This document shows positions 53,389 through 64,000 of a stretch of 64,000 nucleotides of DNA, one piece after another; positions within the stretch are counted from its first letter, which is position 1; each line of letters opens with the position of its first letter. The DNA lies in the NCBI GenBank assembly GCA_025201805.1, contig MU619289.1, positions 99,357 to 163,356 of the forward strand. Direction: 5' to 3'. The stretch comes from Parasitella parasitica NRRL 2501. Its lineage: Eukaryota; Fungi; Mucoromycota. A program made the translations under genes and the position numbers. Under the pieces are notes generated by a model, which ran no database searches, was not told the DNA's origin, and was given only the letters and a program-made list of their open reading frames with translations.

Positions 53389-54767
53389 TATATGCATAAA
53401 AGGGAGAGCCATGCCGTTATGTCTTTGAATTACTGTACAAAAGTCTCATTCACATTATCATGAATGATATTCAAGATATGGATCGTGCACAGTTCTTGAC
53501 AACATCTTTAACATGGCAAAGATATGGGAACAGCGTCCTAGCAAAATCATTCCTAGAGTTGGCGAAAATTTCCAATGACAAATCGATTGACGATATCGAA
53601 AAGACAATCATCACAGAAGCAAACATGGTAAAGAAAACGAAAAAAAAATATATACATATCGTTTACACGAGCCTTGCCATGTAAACTAACACCTTTATAT
53701 ACTGCAGCTGCAAGCATCCGGTGATTCTGATCAAGCGATTAACGCGATAGACTTATTTACAAGACGGTATCGAAATGAAAGCGACTTCTTGATGGGATGG
53801 AGACAAATTAAAGCGCGGATCACACGACAGATGGAGCGAAAAAGGTACCGATGGTATATTTCAGCATCTGTGACACATGTGTAATTCTCTCTGATTAGAA
53901 AATTCAGTTTGATTGAATATCAAAACGATTTGCTTCAAGCAACAATCCCGCCGGATTCAGAGGAGTATTTTATAGCATGCCATGACCATGCCTATCATCT
54001 CATGTTGAAAAAGGAGTTTGAAAGGGCCCTATTGGTGCTAGACGAAGTGCATGATTTCATTCGAAAGACGGACAGGATATCTCAATTGGGCGATAATCTA
54101 GTCCTACAAGCGACTATACATTTGGTAAGAGATTGTGTATTGCCTCGGGGGGGGGGAATTTCGGTATTAAAAGAGAATGGTCCATATTAGAAACTGAATA
54201 GCCCATCTACTGCAATTCCACTTTTAACGCAAGCTATCAAGATTGCAAAGAATTCAGCTGATGCAAAAAACTATTATAGTGCTATTATCAAGTTGGCTGA
54301 GTCCTACCTACGTTTGAATCAATCTGCTGTAGTCGAAAGGTCTATTTTCATGCTCGAAAGCATTTTCCCCAAAGTGCTTGTCATGAAATCGAAACATTTA
54401 GAGTCTAACCTTTATCTGACATATGCAAAGGCTTTGGATACACATTGCACATCCCGTTAGTAATGAATCATAAGCAGAGGAAATGCTTATTAATATAAAT
54501 ATATTTAGAAACTGAACATGTTGTTCTTGAGTATGTGGAAAAAGCAGAGCAAGGTAAGCAATTTCTTTTTTCTTTTTTTACAGATATGTAGCAATAGACC
54601 TAAATTCTGGCGGTTTTTTTTTAGGTTTTCGAGACTTGAAATTGGTGGAAGAGCTGCTGCCAGTGCTACATTTCAAATCATTGATATTGGAGAAGCTGAA
54701 AATGACGTTGGAAAAGCACAAGACATTGAATGAAATAAGAAATCTACAGCTAAAAAAGGCATTATAG
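51789..54767 (+). CDS. APC5: Anaphase-promoting complex subunit 5, many short exons
   Basis: FITPFRIVLLVLI, GLFVRKCRIEY, YLNYTRTKEYIQSLSHLH, QYALLHLGIMEYKFGH..ALSALNDALSAARSNKDELCL (Apc5 motif); TPR-like C-terminus. Confidence 0.82.
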
Positions 54768-54890
54768 ATAAATAAAGGAAATTTCTTATTGATTAGTGCA
54801 AAGCACAGTGTTTTTATTTACATCTAAAAAAAAAAAGGCCAGTTTTGGTTATGGATATTTAATGCTACAACGACTACTACTATGCTACGT

Positions 54891-57800
54891 CTACTTTTTA
54901 ACACGACCAGTAAAAGTAACCTTTGTATCGCGTCTTCCCTTCTTTTTGATGACCTTGTTCAATGGCACATAACTGAAAGGATCCATTTGGCCCTTGCGTT
55001 TAACATCACCGCCGGCTCTCTGTTACAAGGTGTGTCAGCTCGCGTCCTTCTCAACCAACATTCAACGCAATATACATACCTTTGAACGGAATTCTTTGCC
55101 AATTCTTTCAAACTTCTTGACAGGCTTCTTTGCTTTCTTCGGACCCTCTGTGCCATCATCAACTTCCATAGCATCATCCACGGTGTCCTTGCCCTTCTTG
55201 AACTTAATTCTGTTCCTCTTGTCACGAGTAAAACCATCAGGATTTGTCATGTGTTGCAAGTAGTAATCTTCGCCAGCGTCCTCCCCGGCATCTTCATCTG
55301 CTTCTTGTGGTGATGTAGGCTCATTAATAACAAGACGGCCATCCTCGCCTTCGGCAAAGGCGCCCTTGCTGCTCTTTGTCTTGCGCTGTTGGGGTTTGTT
55401 GGACGAAATGCGGCCCAGAGCAGAGCGATCCAAGAAATCAAGAGGCCCGTCTTCGTCATCTTCGCGGATGAAAGCATTAGACACAGATTGCTTCTTTTTC
55501 TTTTGCTGTTTGAGAGCAGTGGCAGCCGCCTTGACAGTTTTGAGTGTTTCGTCTTCAGAGCCCTCATCATCAATCTCGCTTTCTGAGCCATACAGCACTT
55601 CTTCATACGCATCTTGGAATGCGCCCTTTTTGGCAGCGGCACGAGCAGAAACATCCTCCTCCTCGTCACTATCGTCATCGGCAGCATTTGCGTTCTTTCT
55701 TCTCTTGGCTCTCAAGCGACGCTTCTGAATGTTGACAATCATCTTTTTATCTTCCTCAGGCATGAGGGCAGCAACTGGATCGTATCCAAAACGACGAATC
55801 AGCCTTTCAAACAAATGGCGAACCTTGACCTTGAAATGGCTTTTGTGTTGGTGTTGGCATTTGAGCAAAGAGCGAACAATGTCGCCCAATTGAGGCTGCA
55901 AAATGCCCAAATCAAGCACAACGATACAGACCTTGACATAGCCAACAGCAGCCTTAACAATTTCTCGATTATTGGACGCAGCAAGAACATTGATCGTCTG
56001 CAGCAGTTCAGAGGCTAGTTCAATAGGCAAATCATCCTTGAATTCAAAAAAGACGCGAGACAAGGCTCCCACAGTAGCGCCGATCATATGCGCAGTGGTG
56101 CCAGCCAAACCCGCTGTGAGCATGGTAAAGAATTCGCCCAGTGTGGCATTGGCATCGGGGAAGGACTCGTCAAACCCTTCGAGATGGCTGTTCTTGACAA
56201 CACCACCAGTCTGCATCTTTTTGCCCATACTCACCAACAAATCAAATGCAAAGTTACGAGTCTTTTCATTGTTGTCCTTGGAGGCCAGCACTACCTCGGA
56301 CAGAATGGCCGGAATAAAGTGGAGATCAGTAGTAGGCAAGAGCTCCACGACTTCCTTCAACGTCTTGATACGGTCCTTCTTGGCCGAACCGGTGCAGCTG
56401 CCAGTAGCCTCTAACAAATAACTCTGCAACTCATCAATGTGCTGAGCGACAACCTGACGGCCATTGTCACAGCGCATGAGATGATTGAGGACTTTGTAGC
56501 CCTTCTTTTGCAGAGTGGGGTCGCTCTCCTTGCCCAAAAGAGATTGCAACGTGCCGTTATACAGGAGTTCCGCAGATTCAAGGTCCAAGAACGGAATCAT
56601 GATAGTGGCAAGATCCAGCATGGTATGAGACATAGGAGGCGGCACAGAGGGGTCGTTAACCACTGTTTCGTTGGATTCCAAAGCTTGAGAGAGCATGTCC
56701 AGAACCTTTTTGAACGTAGCATTGACGTCTTGAGGAGCAGTAACGGTCAAATAGGACTTGATCACCTCGGCCATGAAGCCACGGAATGCAGGCGCAATTT
56801 GGCTAAAGACGTTGAAAAAGACAGCCAAGTAGTTGACAGCAAATTTACTCATAAACTCCAAGTTTTGGCTCGCTTGCGCCTTGGTCAAGCCATAGGCTTT
56901 CAAAAGATGAGCATCGTCAGCAGAGGACTTGACAAGAGCCTGGTTCTTTTCAATCAAAAGTTGCAAAGATTGGGCGATAGTGGGACGCAAATCAGGCTGA
57001 GTGTAGAGCAGGGAACTGAAGCGCTCAGCAACAGTGTCGTTGAACGCACGAGTTAGGTCCACAGGCAAATCACAGAAGCCAGGAGCCAGACTCCAAATTT
57101 GGTTGACCAACGTTTCGTACACTTTAGCTTGCATCTCCAGCTCGCGAGCAGCAGCAGCCTCTCCCTTCTGAGCCAGTCTGTCGCCCAAAGGAATCAATAC
57201 ATTCACAAAATAGGAGAGGTCAGTGTTGGTAGTGTATGTCTTTAGCAAGGGGAGCAAGAAAGCACGGCCAACTTGAGACGAGGATGTGGGGCTTTCTAAA
57301 TTAAGAGGAAGGACTTGCAAGAAGAACTGGGGGCCCATAGTGGAGATGGCGACACCAAGAGTCTTGTCAAGCTGCTCTTTGTATGCTTCAGAGGGCGAGA
57401 GGCGAAGTTCGCCGAGCAGTGCCAAACAGCCGTTCATCAGGGGTGCCGCAAAATGGTTCAATTTGTTGAACATGGCTTGCTGCACAGTCATGACATGCAT
57501 CCACGAAGATTGGAAATGAACACCAAGACCGTTCTCAAGCAAGTGAATCATTTCCACGAGGCCGTTAGCTTGGCCAGCGCTGGCTTGTTCAATAAGGTCG
57601 TCAGTAACGCAGTATTCGATCAAGGTGCTGAGACAGTTGGCAATTTGACGGTGGCATCTGGAATCCTGCTGAAAATCGTTGAAAGTCAAAGCAAAAACCG
57701 GCGCTACATCGTTAGCACACTGAGCAGCGCTTAGCCTATACCATCTAATGAGTCTCATGTGGCCAGGGTATGTATGCGAGCATAAACTTACTTGGCATAT

Positions 57801-59127
57801 GAAGGGAAAGCTTTACCAACAATCAAAAGCCATGTAGGCAAAAGACGCTCGTCGACAGCGGCAGGTTTGAGCTCACAGATGGCCTACACATTCAAAAGAA
57901 AAAAATGTCAATCATAACCATCCTATCCTCTATCCAGTAAGCAAATTACACGAATTAATCCAGCAAACTTTTCAGTGTCCATGTCGGTTTCTTGGGCGTC
58001 AAAAAGAGCTTCAAACACATCAAATGCTGCTTTTGTGAGGAAAATGTTGTTGAATTTAGGAAGCTGCAGCAAAGTCTGGCATAAGGTCGAGAATTTCTGT
58101 AGAGAAAGGGGGCTGAGTATGCAAACGCCATCAGCATGATAATGCTCCAAAAAAAGAAAAAAGCCTTACATGAACTGGCCAGTAAGGGACAATGGTTTGG
58201 AGCAAAGCAAGCATTTGCTGGGCAGCGTGCTGGTCGGATTTGGAAGTTTCATGCAGAACTCTGAGGATAAACTCGGAGGTCATTTCAGCAGCAGGGTGGG
58301 TGGCAGTGGGAGGAGGAGGTCGAGATAAGACATTGCGTACAGCATCTTGAGCTCTCTTTCGGGCCTGTATTTATATCCATTCATGTCAATAATTCCTACG
58401 CATGTATCCATGACAACGGTTACCTTGGGAGACGCATTGGCGCTCAAAATGAGCAATTGCTGGAATGCTTTCTTGGTGACAGGCATGGTCCAATTAAGAG
58501 CGTCTTGAGCAGCCAAAAGCTCTTGGAGGCAGCCGATTATGGAGCGCACAATCGGTTGCTCATCCTTGTGTTGCTCAAATATGGTTTCCATAATGGCAAT
58601 GATATCAGCAAATTTTGATCGAAGCACCGAATGAGGAAGGCTGTCAGTAAAAAAAAAAAAAAAAGAGCGGGTTAATCAGTCTTCACTTTGAGAAATGTAG
58701 ATCTATATTGCCATACAATGGAAACACTTCGTCCAACAGATAAATCAAAGCACCTGTTAATTCAGCAGATCCTTGAGATGATTGCAAAGTGGTGATCTAT
58801 TTGTTCCGTTTGATGGCATTAGCTGTCAAGGATCCTAAAAATAGCTGTGATTTACTTGCCATAGCACCAAAATAAGCAGTGGGTGAAAGTCCCTCTCCCT
58901 GTTCACAAATAGTCTAAACGTTGTTCAGTCAGAAATAGTTCACATGTCATGCGAAAATAAGGTACCTCTTCAATAGCAATCAATGTTTGACCATACTACA
59001 AGGGAAAATTTGACATGTGTGCATTGAGTTGGTCTGCAAACGCTGTACAATTCAAGTATCTTACCAGTTTCTGGTTTGCCAGCTTTGAATTGGCTTGTTT
59101 TCTGATTCTATCCAACTTGGCCTCCAT
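54891..59127 (-). CDS. RRP12: Ribosome biogenesis HEAT/NUC173 protein Rrp12
   Basis: SPTAYFGAM, MGPQFFLQVLPLNL, RAFLLPLLK, QIWSLAPGFCDLP, LQKKGYKVL, HFKVKVRHLFERLIRRFG, GKEFRSKRAGGDVKRKGQMDPFSYVPL. Confidence 0.95.
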
Positions 59128-59428
59128 AATGTCGAGAAGGATGAAATGTGGTTGTAATGAAATGTCTTTTTGATCGAAGAGAGGAAATGAAGAAAATTTT
59201 CAATACCCGGACTGTTTGTGACTTTATGGGATCAAGATTCCCTCTATCAGAAGGAGAAAGAGGTGTAACAAAGCAACAAGCAAGAGCAGCAGCGCCCTAC
59301 GCCAGCATCAGCACCAGCATCAACAATAGCAGCAGCAGGAGGACCCTTTTTTTCGCTTTTTTTTTCTCTCTCTCTTTCTGTTTCTCTTTCTGATTTCCTT
59401 TTTTTTTTAAAAAGAAAAAAAAAGACTG

Positions 59429-60446
59429 ATGGCAGGACATTTACATTTCAAATCCGTGTCGTTGCCTTCACAAACAGCACCATTTCCGCCTATTCCTAAC
59501 AATTACGAAGCAGACGAAAGATCGAATCAAAACATGTACAATACGCAACTAGTTTGCCAATGGAACCATTGTCTCAAATTGTTTGCCAATCATGCTACGC
59601 TCGCAGAACATCTATCCGAAGACCACATTGGATGGAAAAAGGGAGGGTACTCTTGCGACTGGGACAACTGCTCTCGGCAAGGAGCTAAATGTCACAACAG
59701 ATTCGCCCTCATGATGCATTTGAGGATACATACAGGAGAGAAGCCATTTGAATGCATGGCGCCTCATTGTGGACAGACGTAATGCATAAAGTCTCTTTAT
59801 TTCGATACACGAAATACTAACTCCAATTAGCTTTGGTAGAATGGATGCGCTGACAAGGCACAAAAAAGCAGAGCACGGAGAGGGCGTTGCAGAGAAACCG
59901 ATCAAGCCAGCACAGACAGCCAACATCACACCACTTTTCCATCCTCCTACTGCCGCTTCTACTGCCGTGTCCAACAACCCAACGGCGACTAGCAAGCATA
60001 AAAGACCCACTACTAATCCAAACAACAAGCGAGCGGCAACGCCGTCCTTAGACACATTATCCAAAAAGAGATTGAATACGTTTGACGATTGGCATCCAAA
60101 GGACGGGGGATTCCAAGACTACAGCAGCAGCAAGGTACCCGAACAAACATCCAAAAAGGACCTGGTCCGAGGAACAGCATACAGCCAATATCGACTTGCC
60201 AAAGCACAACTTTCCTACATCTTACGAGAGAACGAAATGCTGCAAGAAGAGTATGAAACAATACAAAAGAAGCTGAAAAGATTGAAGACAGAAAGACGAG
60301 TTTTATTAGACGCACTCATGGTAAGAGAATTAGGGCAACAGAAGGGTCATGACGAAGGAGAGGAAGACGAAGAGGAAGACGGAGAGGAGGAACAAGAGAA
60401 AGAGGATATACAAGACGATCCGTTACCCAACATCCAATTAGCATAA
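59429..60446 (+). CDS. GLI-type C2H2 zinc-finger protein with C-terminal coiled coil; INO80-complex Iec1-like (intron 59779-59830)
   Basis: Three fingers (CQWNHC..H..H; CDWDNC..HLRIH; TGEKPFEC..C..H..H) plus YRLAKAQLSYILRENEMLQEEY...LKTERRVLLDALM. Confidence 0.75.
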
Positions 60447-60513
60447 GTTTTTCCTTCTTACAAAATGTGTATACGAAATAAATATCTTGGCAAAAGGGAA
60501 TATTCATAGCAGC

Positions 60514-60947
60514 TCAAGGGGGATTGGTATTGTTGTTATTGGCAGAAGACTGGATCCTTATGTCTTTGCTGGAATCCTGGTAAGATGGTGGTGGTGGTTG
60601 TTCTTCGTGAGGGTCGAATGTGGGAGGAGGAGGCTGAATTCCGTTTGTTTGAATGGGTGTGTATGCCGTATTGCTATTATTATTGCTCGCAGCATTGCTG
60701 GTTGGCATATGAATTCGCACGTCTTGTCCTGTGTGCCGTATGAACGTAGTGGTAGTGTGTAGCTGGTTATTTCGATCTATTTTAAATATCGACAGCAACA
60801 ATAAGCATTTATTTACGTTCAACAGCCCCATTTGTTATTACCGTCTGCACGAGCTGCAAGTCGACGTCTTCTTATTGCCAAAAAGAAAGCAATCAGTAGC
60901 AAGATAACACACAGTAGCCATAAGGCATTAAACCCTACAGTGGCCAT
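60514..60947 (-). CDS. Small single-pass membrane protein with PPxY motif (2 exons)
   Basis: MATVGFNALWLLCVILLLIAFFLAIRRRRL..., short intron, then ...EEQPPPPSYQD...PP*. Confidence 0.75.
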
Positions 60948-61483
60948 CTTTTTTTTTTATTAATGTCTGCAGAGATCGAAAGGAGAAGGGGGAAATAATA
61001 AATAGTTTCAAGGAAATTATATATATTGTGGAAAAAGAGAAATGTAAAAAAAAAAGCCTGAGAGCTAGTTTATTTTGCAGTTGCAATGCACACATTACTT
61101 TTGTTGCAAAAACTTGGCCAAATTCCCCTCGCTACCCGAGAACAAAAAATGCCGGTGGTATCGGGTCTGATATTAGAGTGCACAGCCATAAGACCTTCAA
61201 AAATGTGTAAATACAAAGACAAAAAAAACACACACACACACACACACAATAGACTACTATGAGCTATAAATAGTGGATATTCATCTAGAAACTCAAATGT
61301 TTATCACAAATTGATCCAGATAAAAGCCTTTGCCCTTTGCTTTCGTCGTGTGCAGCCTGGAAATGTCAAACCATTCCGCCACACAAAAGAAAAAAAAAAG
61401 TGCGTCCCCGGGATGTGTAACATGTTTTGAGCTGAAAGGTTTCATAAAAATATTTTCTTCTTATTGCCAACACTTGCCCAAGC

Positions 61484-62485
61484 ATGTCAGCAGAACGTCC
61501 AGATGCACCTGTAGCAGCCGATCCAAACTCTCCACCAACAGAGCCGAAAGGAAATATCCGTACTTACCAAGGAAAGCAATACGACATCACTGATCCCAAA
61601 TTCCAAGGCCTCAGTAAAAATGCCATCAAAAAGATTTTAAGGGACGAGATTTGGGAAGAGACAAAGCCAGAACGCACCAGAGGCAAGAGGGAAAAGTTCA
61701 AGAGAAAGAGAAAGGAGAGGCTTCGGCTTGAGAGGGACGGTGCTGTTGAGCCTTTGCCTAAAAAGCCCAAAGCAAAACACATGACAGTAGGCAAAGTAGG
61801 TGTCATTCTGGATTGTTCGTTTTCAAGCTATATGAACGATAAAGAGATCAGCTCCATGCGCCAGCAAATTGTGCGCTGTTACAGTGCCAATGTGCGCGCT
61901 GAAAAAGAATCCATGCAGATGGCACTAACTTCTTTGGATGAGCCGTTAAAAACGCAGCTGGATACCAAGGCGCCTTCCTGGGAGAATTGGAAGAATTTTC
62001 AAGTGACCTCTGAGCCTTACCTGAACCAGTTCAACAAGGACGACTTGATTTATCTTTCAGCGGATTCGGACAACATTACTCATGAGCTGGAAGAAGGCAA
62101 AACATACATTATTGGTGGCATAGTGGATAAGAATAGATACAAGGTAGGTGTTCAGCGTAAACAAACTCGGACTTGAAGCGATTAACGCTTTAAATAGAAT
62201 TTGTGTAAAGACAAAGCTGCAAGCCAAGGCATCAAAACGGCTCAATTGCCCATCAGTGATTATATCCACCTAGCTTCTAGAAAAGTACTGACCGTTAATC
62301 AAGTCGTTGAAATCATGGTGAAATGGCTTGATTGCCGCGATTGGGAAAAGGCGTTTATGGAGGTTATTCCAGAACGAAAGCTTAAAGACAGCACATTAAT
62401 CAATCAACAGGGCGATAACAGCGACGACGAGGATGAGGATGATGAACAACAAGAATCTTGTGATCAAGAGAGCCTCCAATCGTAA
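61484..62485 (+). CDS. TRM10: tRNA (guanine-N1)-methyltransferase Trm10
   Basis: LSKNAIKK, ILDCSFSSYM, IYLSADSD, YIIGGIVDKNRYK, TAQLPISDYI, RKVLTVNQVVEIM, WEKAFMEVIPERK. Confidence 0.96.
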
Positions 62486-62522
62486 AATGTACAAGCTTTT
62501 ATATTGTATTTGTATAAATAAA

Positions 62523-63161
62523 CTAGACTTCTTCAAACTCTACATCTTCGTCTTCGTCATTATCGTCCGCAGTATTGTCTCTGCCCGTAGTTTCGAGGTC
62601 TGTTGTAGTCTCTGGCACTACTATATCCGAGTCAAAATCAGTGCCATCTGTTCGCAGCGACACTGCCTTTTTGCTATTTTCTTTCAAGACGGGCACTTCT
62701 TTTTCCCAACCCTCTATTTTCGTCACGTATTTAGCAATTGTACTCTTTTTGATGTCAATATCTCGTTTAAGCAGTCTGTTGCTCTGTCGAATAGCTCGTT
62801 TGTTAAGCACGCTCTCTCTTGCATGTCATATTCGATGCATACCTCTATCACAGATAATTCCTTGCTTCCCAAAGCTCTTAGACGTATATCTCGAAGTTGG
62901 TTCTCTATTTCAAGAAACGAGCTTTTCAAGACGACTAATTGGGCATCCAGGCCGCCTACGTCCAAGTAAGATTTTGTGCGTGCAATAAACATTTGAGTAC
63001 GATTCTTTTTTTTTTTTACCATTTGTGTCTCCCTCTTCTTCTTCTTTTTGCTGTGGATCAGCGAGGATGCTTTCCAAACAGGCGTCAAAGCTCTTTGATA
63101 ATGCGTCTGTTAAGTCAGTCAAACTCATTTGCCAGTTGTCTGGTATGGAAAGAGAGGCCAT
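62523..63161 (-). CDS. MED28: Mediator subunit 28-like protein (3 exons)
   Basis: LTDALSKSFDACLESIL...KSSFLEIENQLRDIRL...SVIESNRLLKRDIDIKKSTIAKYVTKIEGWEKEV parallels the remembered Med28 pattern (LVDELESSFEACFASL...KFLDIARQ...[34 protein letters not shown]). Confidence 0.65.
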
Positions 63162-63303
63162 GGTGAATAAGGTACACACCAGTAGTAGTGGCTTTGGTGG
63201 ATGTTGGAGGCTTCGTGACAATGTTTTCTTCCTGCTTTTTCTTTTCCTGTGCAAAGTTTCATTCGTTTTTTTATTTTTTCTTTTTACTGCTTATTCGTAA
63301 ATA

Positions 63304-64000
63304 ATGTCTCGCAAACTTGATAGACTTGCCAAGAAGGCAAGCAAGAAAAACAACACTCCTGCTGCCAAAAAAGCTGACATTGTCAATGGAAGCTCTCCTG
63401 AAGAAATCCCTGAAGCTGTAGCCATTGAAGAAGAAGAGGATGAAGATGAGAATGAAGAGGAGGAGGAGGAGAATGATGTTGATGACGAAGATGAAAATGA
63501 AGATGAAGACAATGACGAAGAAGACTCCCTTAGTGAAGATGAAGAGAATGCGCAAGTGAAAAAACAAACTCGCACTCACAGACCCAAGATCAACGATGAG
63601 GTAGAAAGGATATTTCTATATTGCATACATGAATATTGACAGCTCCATTTCAGGCTGCCATGATCCGTATCACAGAAGCTTTCAAATTAGAAAATTTACC
63701 TTGGATTGAAACCATGACAATCACCTCCACAAAGCCTGTTGAGGTTGAGGATGTGGAAAATGACATGCAGCGTGAATTGGCATTTTATCAACAAGCCCTT
63801 GAAGCTGCTAAACTTGGCAGAGAACTTGTGAAAAAAGCTGGTGCCGAATTTTCTAGGCCTGAAGATTACTTTGCTGAAATGTTAAAGAGTGATGAGCATA
63901 TGGCCAAGATTCGTCAAAAGTTATTGGACGAAAGTGCATCTATCAAGGCTTCAGAAGATGCTAAGCGTCAACGCCAGTTAAAGAAGTTTGGTAAGAAGGT
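63304..64000 (+). CDS. EBP2: rRNA-processing protein Ebp2 (3' end outside window)
   Basis: Acidic N-terminus, LPWIET, DMQRELAFYQQALEAA, RPEDYFAEMLKSDEHMAKIRQKLLDE, RQLKKFGKK. Confidence 0.95.

Noticed and set aside
55366-57734. Numerous long antisense and alternate-frame ORFs over RRP12 (likewise over UBR1 and SNU114)
   Set aside because: Expected by-product of long, GC-richer, codon-biased exons; no recognisable domains.

Overview
Eukaryotic, intron-rich fungal DNA, most consistent with a Mucorales (Mucoromycota) genome: short 50-70 nt introns, dense genes, four N-gaps. It holds about 26 protein-coding genes, mostly housekeeping: ORM1, SSO-type syntaxin, Rab32-like GTPase, BCS1, SSH4-like SPRY, UTP15, ECH1, UBR1, DUF1764, MFS transporter, PIG-F, ADA3, CGR1, bHLH, SNU114, PKA-C, APC5, RRP12, Iec1-like, TRM10, MED28-like, EBP2 (partial). 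Two things the ORF track misses stand out. (1) Bases 1-697 are the 3' end of a Fanzor (eukaryotic TnpB-like RNA-guided nuclease) element. The RuvC-II/Zn-finger/RuvC-III coding end is interrupted by an intron. It is followed by omega-RNA-like hairpins, a 15-nt segment, an orphan splice donor plus perfect branch point with no nearby AG, an array of subterminal repeats and a Tc1/mariner-like CTG|TA terminus. This suggests, as a hypothesis only, spliceosome-dependent maturation of the guide RNA. (2) Bases ~23760-24990 (minus strand) are a spliced non-coding host gene with three intronic box C/D snoRNAs. Their guides match snR57, snR55 and snR61, in the same order as the budding-yeast polycistronic cluster. 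All calls come from reading the sequence and remembered family motifs; no database searches were run.
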